Assembly (NCBI GenBank): GCA_918797485.1
Contig: CAKKNE010000005.1
Span: 4,526,001 to 4,590,000, forward strand
Reading direction: 5' to 3'
Length of the DNA stretch: 64,000 nucleotides
DNA from: Pelagomonas calceolata
Lineage: Eukaryota
Part shown: positions 10,547-19,941 of the stretch, one piece after another
Numbering within the stretch: position 1 is the stretch's first letter
Layout: every line of letters begins with the position of its first letter
Translations under genes and position numbers: made by a program
Notes under the pieces: generated by a model
What the model saw: only the letters and a program-made list of their open reading frames with translations
Told to the model about the DNA's origin: nothing
The model's database searches: none

Positions 10547-13142
10547 ATGGGGGGCCGGGGCCAGGGCCGAGGCCGGGGCCGGGGCAGCGACCGGGGCAGC
10601 GACCGGGGCCGGGGCCGCGGCCGAGGCCGCGGCCGAGGCCGCGGCTCGGACAGTTCTTCCAAGGGCGCGCCGCGGCCGGCAAAGCGCGCCAGGACCACGA
10701 AAGATAGTGTACCTCCTGCGCCGCCGAGGAAGCCCCGGGCCCGCGCTCCTACGCCCGTGCCCGCGACCACGCGCGCCACGCGCAAAACGCCAGCCGGGGA
10801 AAAAAATCTAGAAGCGCTCCCGATGGTGTCGAGGTCGGATATGCCTTATTCTAAAAGGAGACTAGAGAAGCAAAGAGAGACGATACCAAGGAAGTGCAAC
10901 GGCTGCGATAAGACATTGCCGCGAGACGCCTTCACCCCAGAAGAGTATGACAAAGTCATTGGTCCTGGAAGCGATCAGAAACGCTCGTGCAAGGATTGCG
11001 AAGCCAGGGGCGTCGTCCCGGAAGCAGCAAGGGAGGTCCGGGTGCCGGTGAAGGTACCGATTAGAGAAGACGCGAGCGTCGACGAAGATTTTTCGCCACT
11101 ACCGCTGCCCAACGATGCAACAGCAACGTGTCAGGTCTTCGCGTACGTCACAGTACTTAGGGAGCCGGAGGCGGACCAAATGGAGCGGGCGCGCGCGCAG
11201 TTGAAGTGCACACGGCCCAACAAAGGCAAGGTCGAGGGCGAGACGTTGGATTATAGGGTCGAAGTGAACATCCAGTACGATGAACAAGGGCAGCCCTTCA
11301 CGACGCTCGGCCGCGTAACAAGGGCGCTTGTCGATTCGGCCTACGGGACCATGTCTCATCACGACGTGGTCGCAACACGGGAGGAGCGCTGGCTGCCGGA
11401 CTTGAAATTCGACGTAGGCAAGGCCTACAGGCTGCTCGTTGCTCTCGCCAAGGGCGACGACGATTATGTAGAAGAAGCGAAGAGAGCGGCGTCGAGCGCG
11501 GCGTGGAAACTAAATCCTCGACGCCATCGATCCGGTGCGCTATCGCGTCGACGGCGTACGACACCTTATCGATCGATTTCTACACAGAAGGCGCGCGGCT
11601 TTGAAAGAGGACGCGGAGGCCGGCGACGAGATGTACTACACGTTCGTGCAGCGATCGAACTTTCTGAGCGGCTTCGAGGATGAGATCCCATACATGAAGA
11701 ACCGTTTTTATCTCTTGAAGTCTGCGGCCGCGGGTCCTGGAAACACACACTGGCTCCACTTCGGCAGGACGGTGGACGAGGCGATAGAGAAGTGCTTACA
11801 GCAGACCGTCGCCTGCGTCCTCGCCGCTATTAATGTGACAGACGGGGAGTTGAAGCGGCAGCTCAAAGCGGGTCGCCTCGAGAAGCTGCCGGAGCTACGC
11901 AAGGACTTCTTCACAAAGAAACGGGTTGAGGAAGCGCGGCGCGCGCGCGCGCGGCGGCCCACCGACGTGCCGCGGGATCGGAGCATTAGGGAGGAGGTGG
12001 ACCGGCTGAACCGCGCGACGCGGGCCGCGGCGGGCGTCTTCTATGTGAACGGTCCCGACGGGCCTGAATTAGTGGTGCGGAAGGACGGCAAGCGGTTCTC
12101 GTTGGACCAGCACGAGGCGGCGGTCGAGTACGCGTTGGAGCTGTCGCCGACGATCCGCAAGCGGGAGGAGGATCGCGGGCGGAAGGAGCGGTTGCTCGAG
12201 CGGTTGAGGCCATCTGGTGGCGGCGGCGGCGTGGCGACGACCACTACTAGTCCTGGCGCCTCGCCGCGGCCCACTACTAGTCCCGAAGCCTCGCCGCGGC
12301 CCGCTCCTAGTCCCGAAGCCTCGCCGCTGCGCGATCCTAGTCCTGGCGCCTCGCCGCTGTCCGCTACGAGTCCTGACGCCTCGCAGCAACCCGCGGTCAC
12401 GACGTCGGCTTTGGAGCTCACCGTATCGTCAGTCGAACGCTTGGAGAAGCAGTACGCTCAACTGGGCATCAAGCAGCTCATTAGCAGAGGCACCACAGTG
12501 CTCTCGGCCTTCCATGTTGGTCACGATCCGAATACGGAGAAGCCGGACCCAACCGCTGTACAGATCTTCCAGGATTCTTTGGATGCGGTGCGGGCGTCGG
12601 ACGAGACGGAGGAGGAGAGCGGCGACTTTTTGATGGTAAAAGCACTCGCCGAGTTCGAGCGCAGCGCGTCGTTGAAGCCGAGTCCGGACCAAGATAGTTT
12701 TAAGGTCGAGGTCCTGAGGAAGCAGTTTCCCTTCGTGGGGGATAACGTGCTCGAGGATTTGGCCAAGGTCATGGGGTTCACCTGCTGTTTGCGCCACGAC
12801 CTCGCCGTGGTCGAGGGTATAATCCTCGCGCCGAAGGCTTTGGGGGTATATACATTCTACTACCCGGGCTACTGGACCAAGGAGCCGGAGCGCCGCGAGC
12901 ATCACCACTGGATTCACAACCTCGCCCAGTTAACCGCGGATACGGCGGTCCAGCGCCGCACGCTTCTTGATGAAGGCCGACACTTCTTCGACAAGTGCGC
13001 GGTCGCGGAGGACGAGGCCAGCGCCCAAGACGACCGCGATCCCGCCATGGGCGTCGCCGCTCCCCAAGAGGACTATTCGGGCTACCGCAAGAGGCTCAGC
13101 ATGGACCACAAGCCGTCGGACTCCGACGAATCGAGCGACTAG
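10547..13142 (+). CDS. Orphan protein (~832 aa) with RG-rich N-terminus and CxxC..CxxC zinc finger; exons 10547-11490 and 11588-13142
   Basis: Removing the GT..AG intron 11491-11587 joins ORFs 9941..11683 and 11535..13142 in frame (EEAKRAA-RRAALKED). Zinc motif CNGCDKTLPRDAF..RSCKDC is Stc1-like. Confidence 0.65.
11491..11587 (+). mobile_element. Degenerate introner intron (97 bp)
   Basis: GT donor 8 nt before the decayed TIR CGGCGTGGAAAC; internal ACGCCATCGA..TCGACGGCGT hairpin; ends TCGATTTCTACACAG; removal restores frame. Confidence 0.7.
12241..12390 (+). repeat. Coding minisatellite, 5 x 30 bp (SPxASPRPxx)
   Basis: Unit approximately CCACTACTAGTCCYGRMGCCTCGCCGCGGC repeated five times. 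Confidence 0.9.
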
Positions 13143-14117
13143 AACCCCGGAGCGCGCGTCGTCGCTCGCTTCCGCACGCATGCACCCTATTATGTGTGTA
13201 AGAAGTCACATTGTATTTAGGAACCCTACTGGGAAATCGGACCGCCGCGGCTCCGCCAATTTGGTGGTCTCTGCAAAACGTGCCCTTTGCTTCTACGCCG
13301 TCGTAGAAGGGCCGTGCGGAACGTTGCACTCGTCGCGGCGGCGTCCTAGAACTCGCCGCGGCGCGCGACGCGCCCAGGACTTCTTCCGACCGCGACAGGG
13401 CTCGCGTAGGAGACACGTCCAGTCGATTCACGTCGAGGCTGCACGCGACGGTCGTACATCGAGAGTTATTGATGAGGCGTCGCGGCGGCGATGGCGTGGA
13501 GGAGAGCTGCTTTGCCTCGACAAAGCCTGGTACGGTGCAACTCCCACGTGCACCCGACGCGCGTGCCACCTTATTTGTTCGGAAATGACGGCGGAGACGG
13601 CGGCGCGAAAGCCCTGCCTCGAGGCGAAGCGCTCGAGTTCGTCGAGGGCGTCGCGTGCTCGCTCACTGGTAGCATCGATGATGGTCTAGGAGCAAATTGG
13701 CCTCGCAGGACGTCATGTTCACCGGAGAGTTCGAATCTATCGCAGAGATGAACGGCCGCCTCGTCAACTGTTTCGTACTATAGCCTCGGTAGAGAATCAC
13801 ACTCATGAGCGGCCACCGGCACCTGGCGCGCGTTCGCGCGCAGACGATCCAGGAGTTATTACTTGAGTCGTGTCCTACGTTCCGTCGGCGTCGTCCCGGT
13901 GCTGCGGCGCCCGCTGCGACGATATGTCTCCCGCTCCGCCGGCCACAAACAGCAGCTGGAGGCCAGCACACGCAAATCGGCTCTGGCCCGCCGGGGGCAC
14001 CTTTAGCGCTCGAGGCAGCAAAGTGCGGCGGTCGTCGGATCACGACCGTGTTAATTGCACACTTGGCACCCACACAGTGGACGCGTTTCAGCTTTTACAG
14101 AGGCTGCTCTCTCGCTT

Positions 14118-14141
14118 GCTAGTGTCTTACCGACCGCTAGC
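14118..14141 (+). promoter_or_regulatory. 24-bp palindromic intergenic motif
   Basis: GCTAGTGTCTTACCGACCGCTAGC in a region without a confident gene. Confidence 0.55.
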
Positions 14142-14744
14142 CAATATTGAGGAGCGGCGGCAGCCTATCTCGCCGCAACCATACGTTGGGAGAAAAATAA
14201 TGATACACCAGGTTGCGTCCTCGGCCCGGCAAACACTCGCGGCAGCCAAAGCGACATCGCTGCAGCGCTGCCTGAGGACACAGCTCCGAGCAGGTAGCCA
14301 CTGCCTCAACCCGAGGGCTAGGAGCCGCGACGACGACTACCGATCATCGGCGCGACGGCGAACGACACCAGCAAGATAGCTAACAAACTGCCCGCGCCGG
14401 CGGCCGCTCGCGCCGCGGCTGAAAAGACCCTGGCCCGCCGCCGCCGCGCAAGACCTCGAAGGCGACAGCGCACACACCCGCCAAGGCACAGAAATGATCC
14501 AGGGCGGGAGTGGTGCTCGACGGTCGCGACGGGCGCGCCGAATTGTCACGCGCGCCGCGACGTACATAACTCTACTTCGAACACAGCGCGAGATCATTTC
14601 CCTGAGAGACTGCGCTCGCTCGATGGCGTGAAAGCCCTGCGTCCAGAAGGACGCCGTCGTCTGCTCGATGACTGCCTCCTATGATTCCTCACTCGTTGTC
14701 CTCGCCCCATTCATGTGGCGCTGGTGTGTACCTCGACTCTTCAT

Positions 14745-14745
14745 A

Positions 14746-14776
<31 letters not shown>
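14745..14776 (+). repeat. (ACGC)n/(AC)n microsatellite
   Basis: Run of ACGC units followed by AC units. Confidence 0.8.
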
Positions 14777-15122
14777 GCCGCCTTCGGAGTTAAAAATGAG
14801 AGACGAGAGAGACGGCGTCGACGGCGCGACCCGTCCTCTTTCTGGACGCGCTCACAAACACGGCCGCGACGGCGTCGGAGGCCCACAACAGCCGTTGCGC
14901 CGGCGCTGCGCCGCGGCGCGGACGCTTCTGTGCCTGGTACCTCCCACGCGAATGTCGTTCCGTCGCGGAACGCGGTGTCGGGCGCCTCGCGCTAGGGCAG
15001 TGCCGCTCCAATAAATGAACAGCACGCGATCATCTTCGGATGGGAGCGGTCGGGCGCTATCGATGCGCACCGGTGGCGCGCGGAGCTAGGGACTAGTCGG
15101 AGTAGAAACTTAGAAGAGACGC

Positions 15123-16233
15123 CTAGTCGTAGGCCGCCTTGACCGCGCGGACGCCGTTGAGCGTCTCGACCGCGACCTCGCGGATCTGTTTGGCCACGTC
15201 CCGGCCCACGTACAAGTTCTTGGCTAAGAACCGGTTCGTGGCGCCGAAGAGGATGTTGGCGAAATTGAGCATGACGACGAAGTTGAAGGTGCAGTCCGAG
15301 AGCTGGGCGAGGAAGTGGTCGATGTGGATGAGGGACGGGCTCTTCTTGCCCTTCTCGCCCTTCTTCTTCTTCTTCTTCTCCTGCTTGAGCAATATCTTGA
15401 TTTCGTCGCCGTTGAGGTCGGGGTACGCGTTTCGCAGCATACTTTCCAGGCGACCTGTGGAGGAATCGACCAATAACAACAAGAACCTTGAACGTTCTAA
15501 GATCATGGAAACTCGTACTGGAAGGAACCAAAGTTGGGATTCTGCACCGTAGACGACCTTCCTTTTTGAGGAACTTGCGCACGTGCGCGAGGAGGCGGCC
15601 GTTGAGGCGCCGGTGCGAGTACGATCTAAAGGTCCTCATGATCTCGTCGCACCAGTCGGGGTAATTTCCGAGCCAGAGAAAGTGCGCGAGCTTCTCGTTC
15701 GGGACGAGCACGTGTTTCCTTTCCGGCCCGAACAACTTCTCCGCGAACTCCTCACACTTTTTTTTTATCTCTCCCACATCCTTATAGGACTCGAGGATAC
15801 ACGCTTTTCTGATCTCCGACAGCTCGGGCTCCGAGTCGTCCTCGTCGAGGCCGACGAGGAGCTTCTTTTCATAGGCCTTGACGCGCTCCGCGTCCAAGCC
15901 GTCGCCGTCGTCGTTCTCCAGGTCCTGCATGGCGTCATCTAACTCCAAGTTCGCCGCATCCTCGACCCGCTCCGCTGACATCAAGGCATCGAGCAGGAGC
16001 CCGAGGTTGTCCCCCGTGTTCTCGAGCTCGGCCCAGAAAGTTTCGCGGCCAAAAAAACCGCCCGAGCGACTTCTCGTACGGAAGGCGCCAATCCTGTCGC
16101 CCGTGTTGGTTATGTAGAGGTTTTGGAGCGCCTCGCCTTCGGACACGTACGGCTTCCACGTCTGGCGGAATTTTGTAGCATTAACAGAGCCGCCGCTGCG
16201 CGGCTGCCGCCACACGACACCACTGGCGCTCAT
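15123..16233 (-). CDS. Orphan protein (~335 aa); exons 16233-15558 and 15454-15123
   Basis: Removing intron 15455-15557 joins ORFs 14992..16233 and 15123..15506 in frame (FLKKEG-RLESMLRNAYP). Confidence 0.6.
15455..15557 (-). mobile_element. Degenerate introner intron (103 bp)
   Basis: TSD copies GTCGTCTA/GTCGCCTG (6/8 identical); 3' end TTGGTCGATTCCTCCACAG; removal restores frame. Confidence 0.7.
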
Positions 16234-16450
16234 GGTGACCGCGGCGTCGACGGATGCGCCCCGCGCGGCTTGTTTTTAAGGCGCAGTCGCCGCTGAGGGT
16301 GGTTGCCCGGCGCGACAGGCCGGCTCAAGAGCGCGGCTCGCGGCGCGGTTCGCGTGTAGGGCTGGAGTCGTGACGCCGCGCCGAATTTGGGCTGCTTCAC
16401 GGGCTCGCGTTCGTGTCTTTTGCGCCGCTTTTACGCAAAGACCACTGCTT

Positions 16451-16474
16451 GCTAGTGTCTTACATGCCGCTAGC
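16451..16474 (+). promoter_or_regulatory. 24-bp palindromic intergenic motif
   Basis: GCTAGTGTCTTACATGCCGCTAGC in the divergent spacer 16233/16614. Confidence 0.6.
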
Positions 16475-16613
16475 TGCTGGTCCAGGGGTCGGCCGAGGAC
16501 TTTGGGCCACAGCGTATTTAGAGTTCCTTGTACGCGCCTGCTAATAGCCAAGACCCGCAGCGACCACTGCGAGCGGACGGACCCATACCTAAGAGGGCGG
16601 AGTCATAAATACC

Positions 16614-18803
16614 ATGCGTTCCGCAAGAGCGCTGCGGCGGTGCCTCACCACAACGAAGGACTGGCGCGCCGTAGCCGAACGCGAAGCCAAGAAGGCCGGC
16701 ACGACCCTCGATGCCCTCACGTCAACGACGAAAGAATCGCTGGAGATACAACCGTGCTACTTCGGGGCCGACGACGAAGCCGCCCCCGGCGTCTTCCCCT
16801 ACCGGCGAGGCGCCTACGCGACGATGTACGCGGCCAAGCCCTGGACCGTGCGCCAGTACGCCGGCTTCAGCAGCGCCGAGGAGTCGAACGCTTTCTATCG
16901 CAACGCCGTGAGAGAAGGCCAGCAAGGATTGAGCGTGGCGTTCGATCTACCTTCTCATAGAGGTTATGATTCAGACCATCCTAGAGCGCAGGGTGATGTC
17001 GGATTAGCCGGCGTGCCCGTCGACACGGTCGAAGATTTCCGGACGCTCTTCGACGGGATCGATCTGGGAAAGATGTCCGTGAGCATGACCATGAACGGCG
17101 CGGTCCTGCCGACGCTCGCGATGTTTATCGTAGCGGCAGAAGAGTCCGGCGTATCGCCAGAAAGGCTGAAGGGTACGATCCAGAACGATATACTGAAGGA
17201 GTTCATGGTCCGCAACACGTACATCTACCCGCCGGGGCCCTCATTACGAGCGACGGTCGACATCATGGGCTTCTGCGCGGGTCATCTCCCGAAGTTTCAT
17301 TCTCTGAGTGTGTCGGGCTACCACATGCACGAGGCCGGCGCCGACGCTGCTACCGAATTAGCTTTTACGATTGCCGATGGGCTGGAGTACGTGCGCGTCG
17401 CGCGTGAGGCTTCTTTAGATTTAGATGCGGTCTGCTCCCGGTTGTCCTTCTTCTTCGCCATGGGCATGGACCACCACGTCGAGATCGCCAAATTGCGAGC
17501 AGCTAGGCAGCTCTGGGCCGAAGAACTTAAAAAGAGGCACGGCGACGTCTTGACGAGTGAAAAGGCGTTCGTGCTACGGACCCATGTCCAGACGTCGGGG
17601 TATTCATTAACAGCCCAAGATCCCCTCAACAACGTCGCGAGAACGGCCCTCGAGGCGCTGGCCGCGGTGCACGGCGGCGCGCAGTCCCTGCACACGAATT
17701 CGTATGATGAGGCCCTCGCGCTGCCGTCCGATGGCGCCGCGCGCGTCGCGCGGGACACGCAATTACTGCTACAGAAGGAGAGCGGCGTGTGTCGGGTGGC
17801 GGACCCGTGGGGCGGCTCTTTCTTCATGGAGGCGTTGACTGACGAGTTACTGGTGAAAGCGAGGGAGATCCTGGCCGCGGTCGACGTGACTGGTGGCATG
17901 CTTGAACATGTTCAATCGGGAGAAGCGAAAAGGCGCATCGAGGCGTGTGCCGCTAGAACGCAGGCGCGCGTCGATTCTGGGGAAGACATTGTCGTGGGCG
18001 TGAACGACCGGACTTCCAGCAGTTCGGACGTCGACGTGCGCATCGTCGACAACTCCAAAGCCCTGGCGAAGCAGCTCGCGCGACTGCAGAAGGTTCGGGA
18101 GACGCGTGATTCAAAACGGTGCGCCGAGGCTCTGGATGCGCTACGACGGAGCGCCGCCCTCGAGCGGTCGACGGCGTCGTTTGCCGACGAAGACAACCTC
18201 GTGGCGCGTGCCATCGAATGCGCGAGAGTACGGTGCACGCTCGGCGAGATGTCGGACGCGCTCCGGGACGTCTGGGGCGAGCACCACGCTCTGCCGACGG
18301 CCGCGGTCGGCTCCTACGCGGCCGCGGCGCCCGACGGCTCGTTGGATGCGTTGCGGGAGGAGTGCCTCCAGTTTGAAGAAAGAGAGGGTCGGCGGCCGAA
18401 AGTCTTAATTGCGAAGGTCGGCATGGACGGCCACGATCGGGGAGCGAACGTCGTGGCGGCCGGGCTCGTGGACCTGGGCTTCGAGGTCGTGTCCGGGCCG
18501 CTCTTCGCGACGCCGGAGGAGGTCGCGGCGATGGCCCTCGAGCACGAGGTGCACGTCGTCGGAGTGTCGACGATGGCGGCCGGCCACCGCGTGCTCGTGC
18601 CGCGCGTCGTCGAGGCGCTGCGCGGCGCGCCTATTGCTGTGGTCGTCGGGGGCGTCGTGCCGGAATCGGATAGAGCTGCTCTGCACGCGGCCGGCGTCGC
18701 GGCGGTCTTCGGGCCGGGGTCGACGCTGCCCGACGTGGCCAGAGTGCTCCTGAAGGAGTGCGAGAGCGAGCGCGAGGCCGTGGCCGCAGCTGTCGAGTAC
18801 TAA
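16614..18803 (+). CDS. MMUT: Methylmalonyl-CoA mutase (B12-dependent), probably mitochondrial
   Basis: PWTVRQYAGF, GTIQNDILKEF, QSLHTNSYDEA and the B12-binding GMDGHDRGA; Arg-rich N-terminal presequence. Confidence 0.97.
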   Translation: MRSARALRRCLTTTKDWRAVAEREAKKAGTTLDALTSTTKESLEIQPCYFGADDEAAPGVFPYRRGAYATMYAAKPWTVRQYAGFSSAEESNAFYRNAVREGQQGLSVAFDLPSHRGYDSDHPRAQGDVGLAGVPVDTVEDFRTLFDGIDLGKMSVSMTMNGAVLPTLAMFIVAAEESGVSPERLKGTIQNDILKEFMVRNTYIYPPGPSLRATVDIMGFCAGHLPKFHSLSVSGYHMHEAGADAATELAFTIADGLEYVRVAREASLDLDAVCSRLSFFFAMGMDHHVEIAKLRAARQLWAEELKKRHGDVLTSEKAFVLRTHVQTSGYSLTAQDPLNNVARTALEALAAVHGGAQSLHTNSYDEALALPSDGAARVARDTQLLLQKESGVCRVADPWGGSFFMEALTDELLVKAREILAAVDVTGGMLEHVQSGEAKRRIEACAARTQARVDSGEDIVVGVNDRTSSSSDVDVRIVDNSKALAKQLARLQKVRETRDSKRCAEALDALRRSAALERSTASFADEDNLVARAIECARVRCTLGEMSDALRDVWGEHHALPTAAVGSYAAAAPDGSLDALREECLQFEEREGRRPKVLIAKVGMDGHDRGANVVAAGLVDLGFEVVSGPLFATPEEVAAMALEHEVHVVGVSTMAAGHRVLVPRVVEALRGAPIAVVVGGVVPESDRAALHAAGVAAVFGPGSTLPDVARVLLKECESEREAVAAAVEY

Positions 18804-18810
18804 GTTTTGT

Positions 18811-19545
18811 TTACGTGTAGAACATTATCTGCCCCAGCAGCGTCGCGTTCAGACTGAACCCGAGCGCGAACCCCAAAAGCAGCAGGGGATCCTTCGTGAG
18901 CGTGAGGGTCGTGAAGATGCGGATCGAGTTGCCTAATACAGACAGACCAGCAGTGACGGGCGAGTACTGGCCCGGCTCCTTCCGCGAGTAGTTGAGGTAG
19001 AGCTGCGGTATCAACGAGACCAGGAGGAGCGACGTCGCCCAGACCTGGAGGACGGCCAATAACCTTGGTGGCGGGCTGCCCAGTAATAGCAAGAGGGCCG
19101 CGCCGACGTACGCTATTGATCCCAATAGGACGCGTTCGACGGCGATGCCCTTGAGCACGGCACAGACGAAGGAAATCACCGCGCACTGGACCGCCAGCAA
19201 GACGCTCTCGACGTATGTTGAAATAGCGTGGCCCTTCTTGAAGTTGTACGCCGCACTGCACGAGTAGCCGCAGAGCGACAGGGTGAACGTCGACAACGAT
19301 AAACCGTCGGCGGACTTTTGGGTTGCGAGCGTGTAGACGATGGGCGCGAACAGAATCGTGCTGCCGGCGCCGATACAGTAGCCGAGCGCGCGCGCCGCGA
19401 CGTCCTGCGCGTCGCCTCCTCCTCTTATCGCGACGGCGCGGTGCAGCGGGAGCGTCTCTTCCCTTTTAACTCTTCGTGGCAGCATGTTGCGCGGCATTGA
19501 GATGCCGCACGCGGCTGCTGCGAGCAATGCGATGCGTTTGATCAT
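18811..19545 (-). CDS. PQ-loop membrane protein, MPDU1/Lec35-like, with signal peptide
   Basis: KSADGLS, STYVES, IPQL..NY..GQYS, RIFTT..DP motifs. Confidence 0.85.
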   Translation of the reverse strand: MIKRIALLAAAACGISMPRNMLPRRVKREETLPLHRAVAIRGGGDAQDVAARALGYCIGAGSTILFAPIVYTLATQKSADGLSLSTFTLSLCGYSCSAAYNFKKGHAISTYVESVLLAVQCAVISFVCAVLKGIAVERVLLGSIAYVGAALLLLLGSPPPRLLAVLQVWATSLLLVSLIPQLYLNYSRKEPGQYSPVTAGLSVLGNSIRIFTTLTLTKDPLLLLGFALGFSLNATLLGQIMFYT

Positions 19546-19941
19546 CGGTGCTGCAGTGGCTGGCTTTGCTTTCTAGACCAGCAGCGCTGGCGGCTGCCGG
19601 TTGGCTGTTGCTGCACGCGATAAATGCTTGCTGTGGAAGGCCCAGGCGTTGCGTTTGGCAGCGGTAGTGCTTTTCAAGCACCGGCAGCGCTTTTGGTCAC
19701 AGGTTTTTCAGCGCAAACAACACATCAAAACTCACTCAAAACTAGCCTACCAGCCCATACAGGCTACGTGGGATCTGTACTTGCAGTGTACGACTACCTT
19801 CTGCAACGTCGCGCGGATTGGACGACGGCAAGTGTGGGTGCAGACCAGTGCAGTGTGCAGCGGTCGATTTGCGGCGCCGGTAGCTACAGAGCGCCAGTAC
19901 TGGTCGGACAGTGGATTGGCTGCGCGGACTCACAAGAAATA

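Noticed and set aside
11483..11683. Programmed frameshift between ORFs 9941..11683 and 11535..13142
   Set aside because: Better explained by a decayed introner whose removal restores frame; the same holds for the ORF breaks at 15.5k, 46.0k, 51.4k and 55k.
12241..12390. 30-bp repeats as a CRISPR array
   Set aside because: Contiguous in-frame tandem units with no unique spacers.
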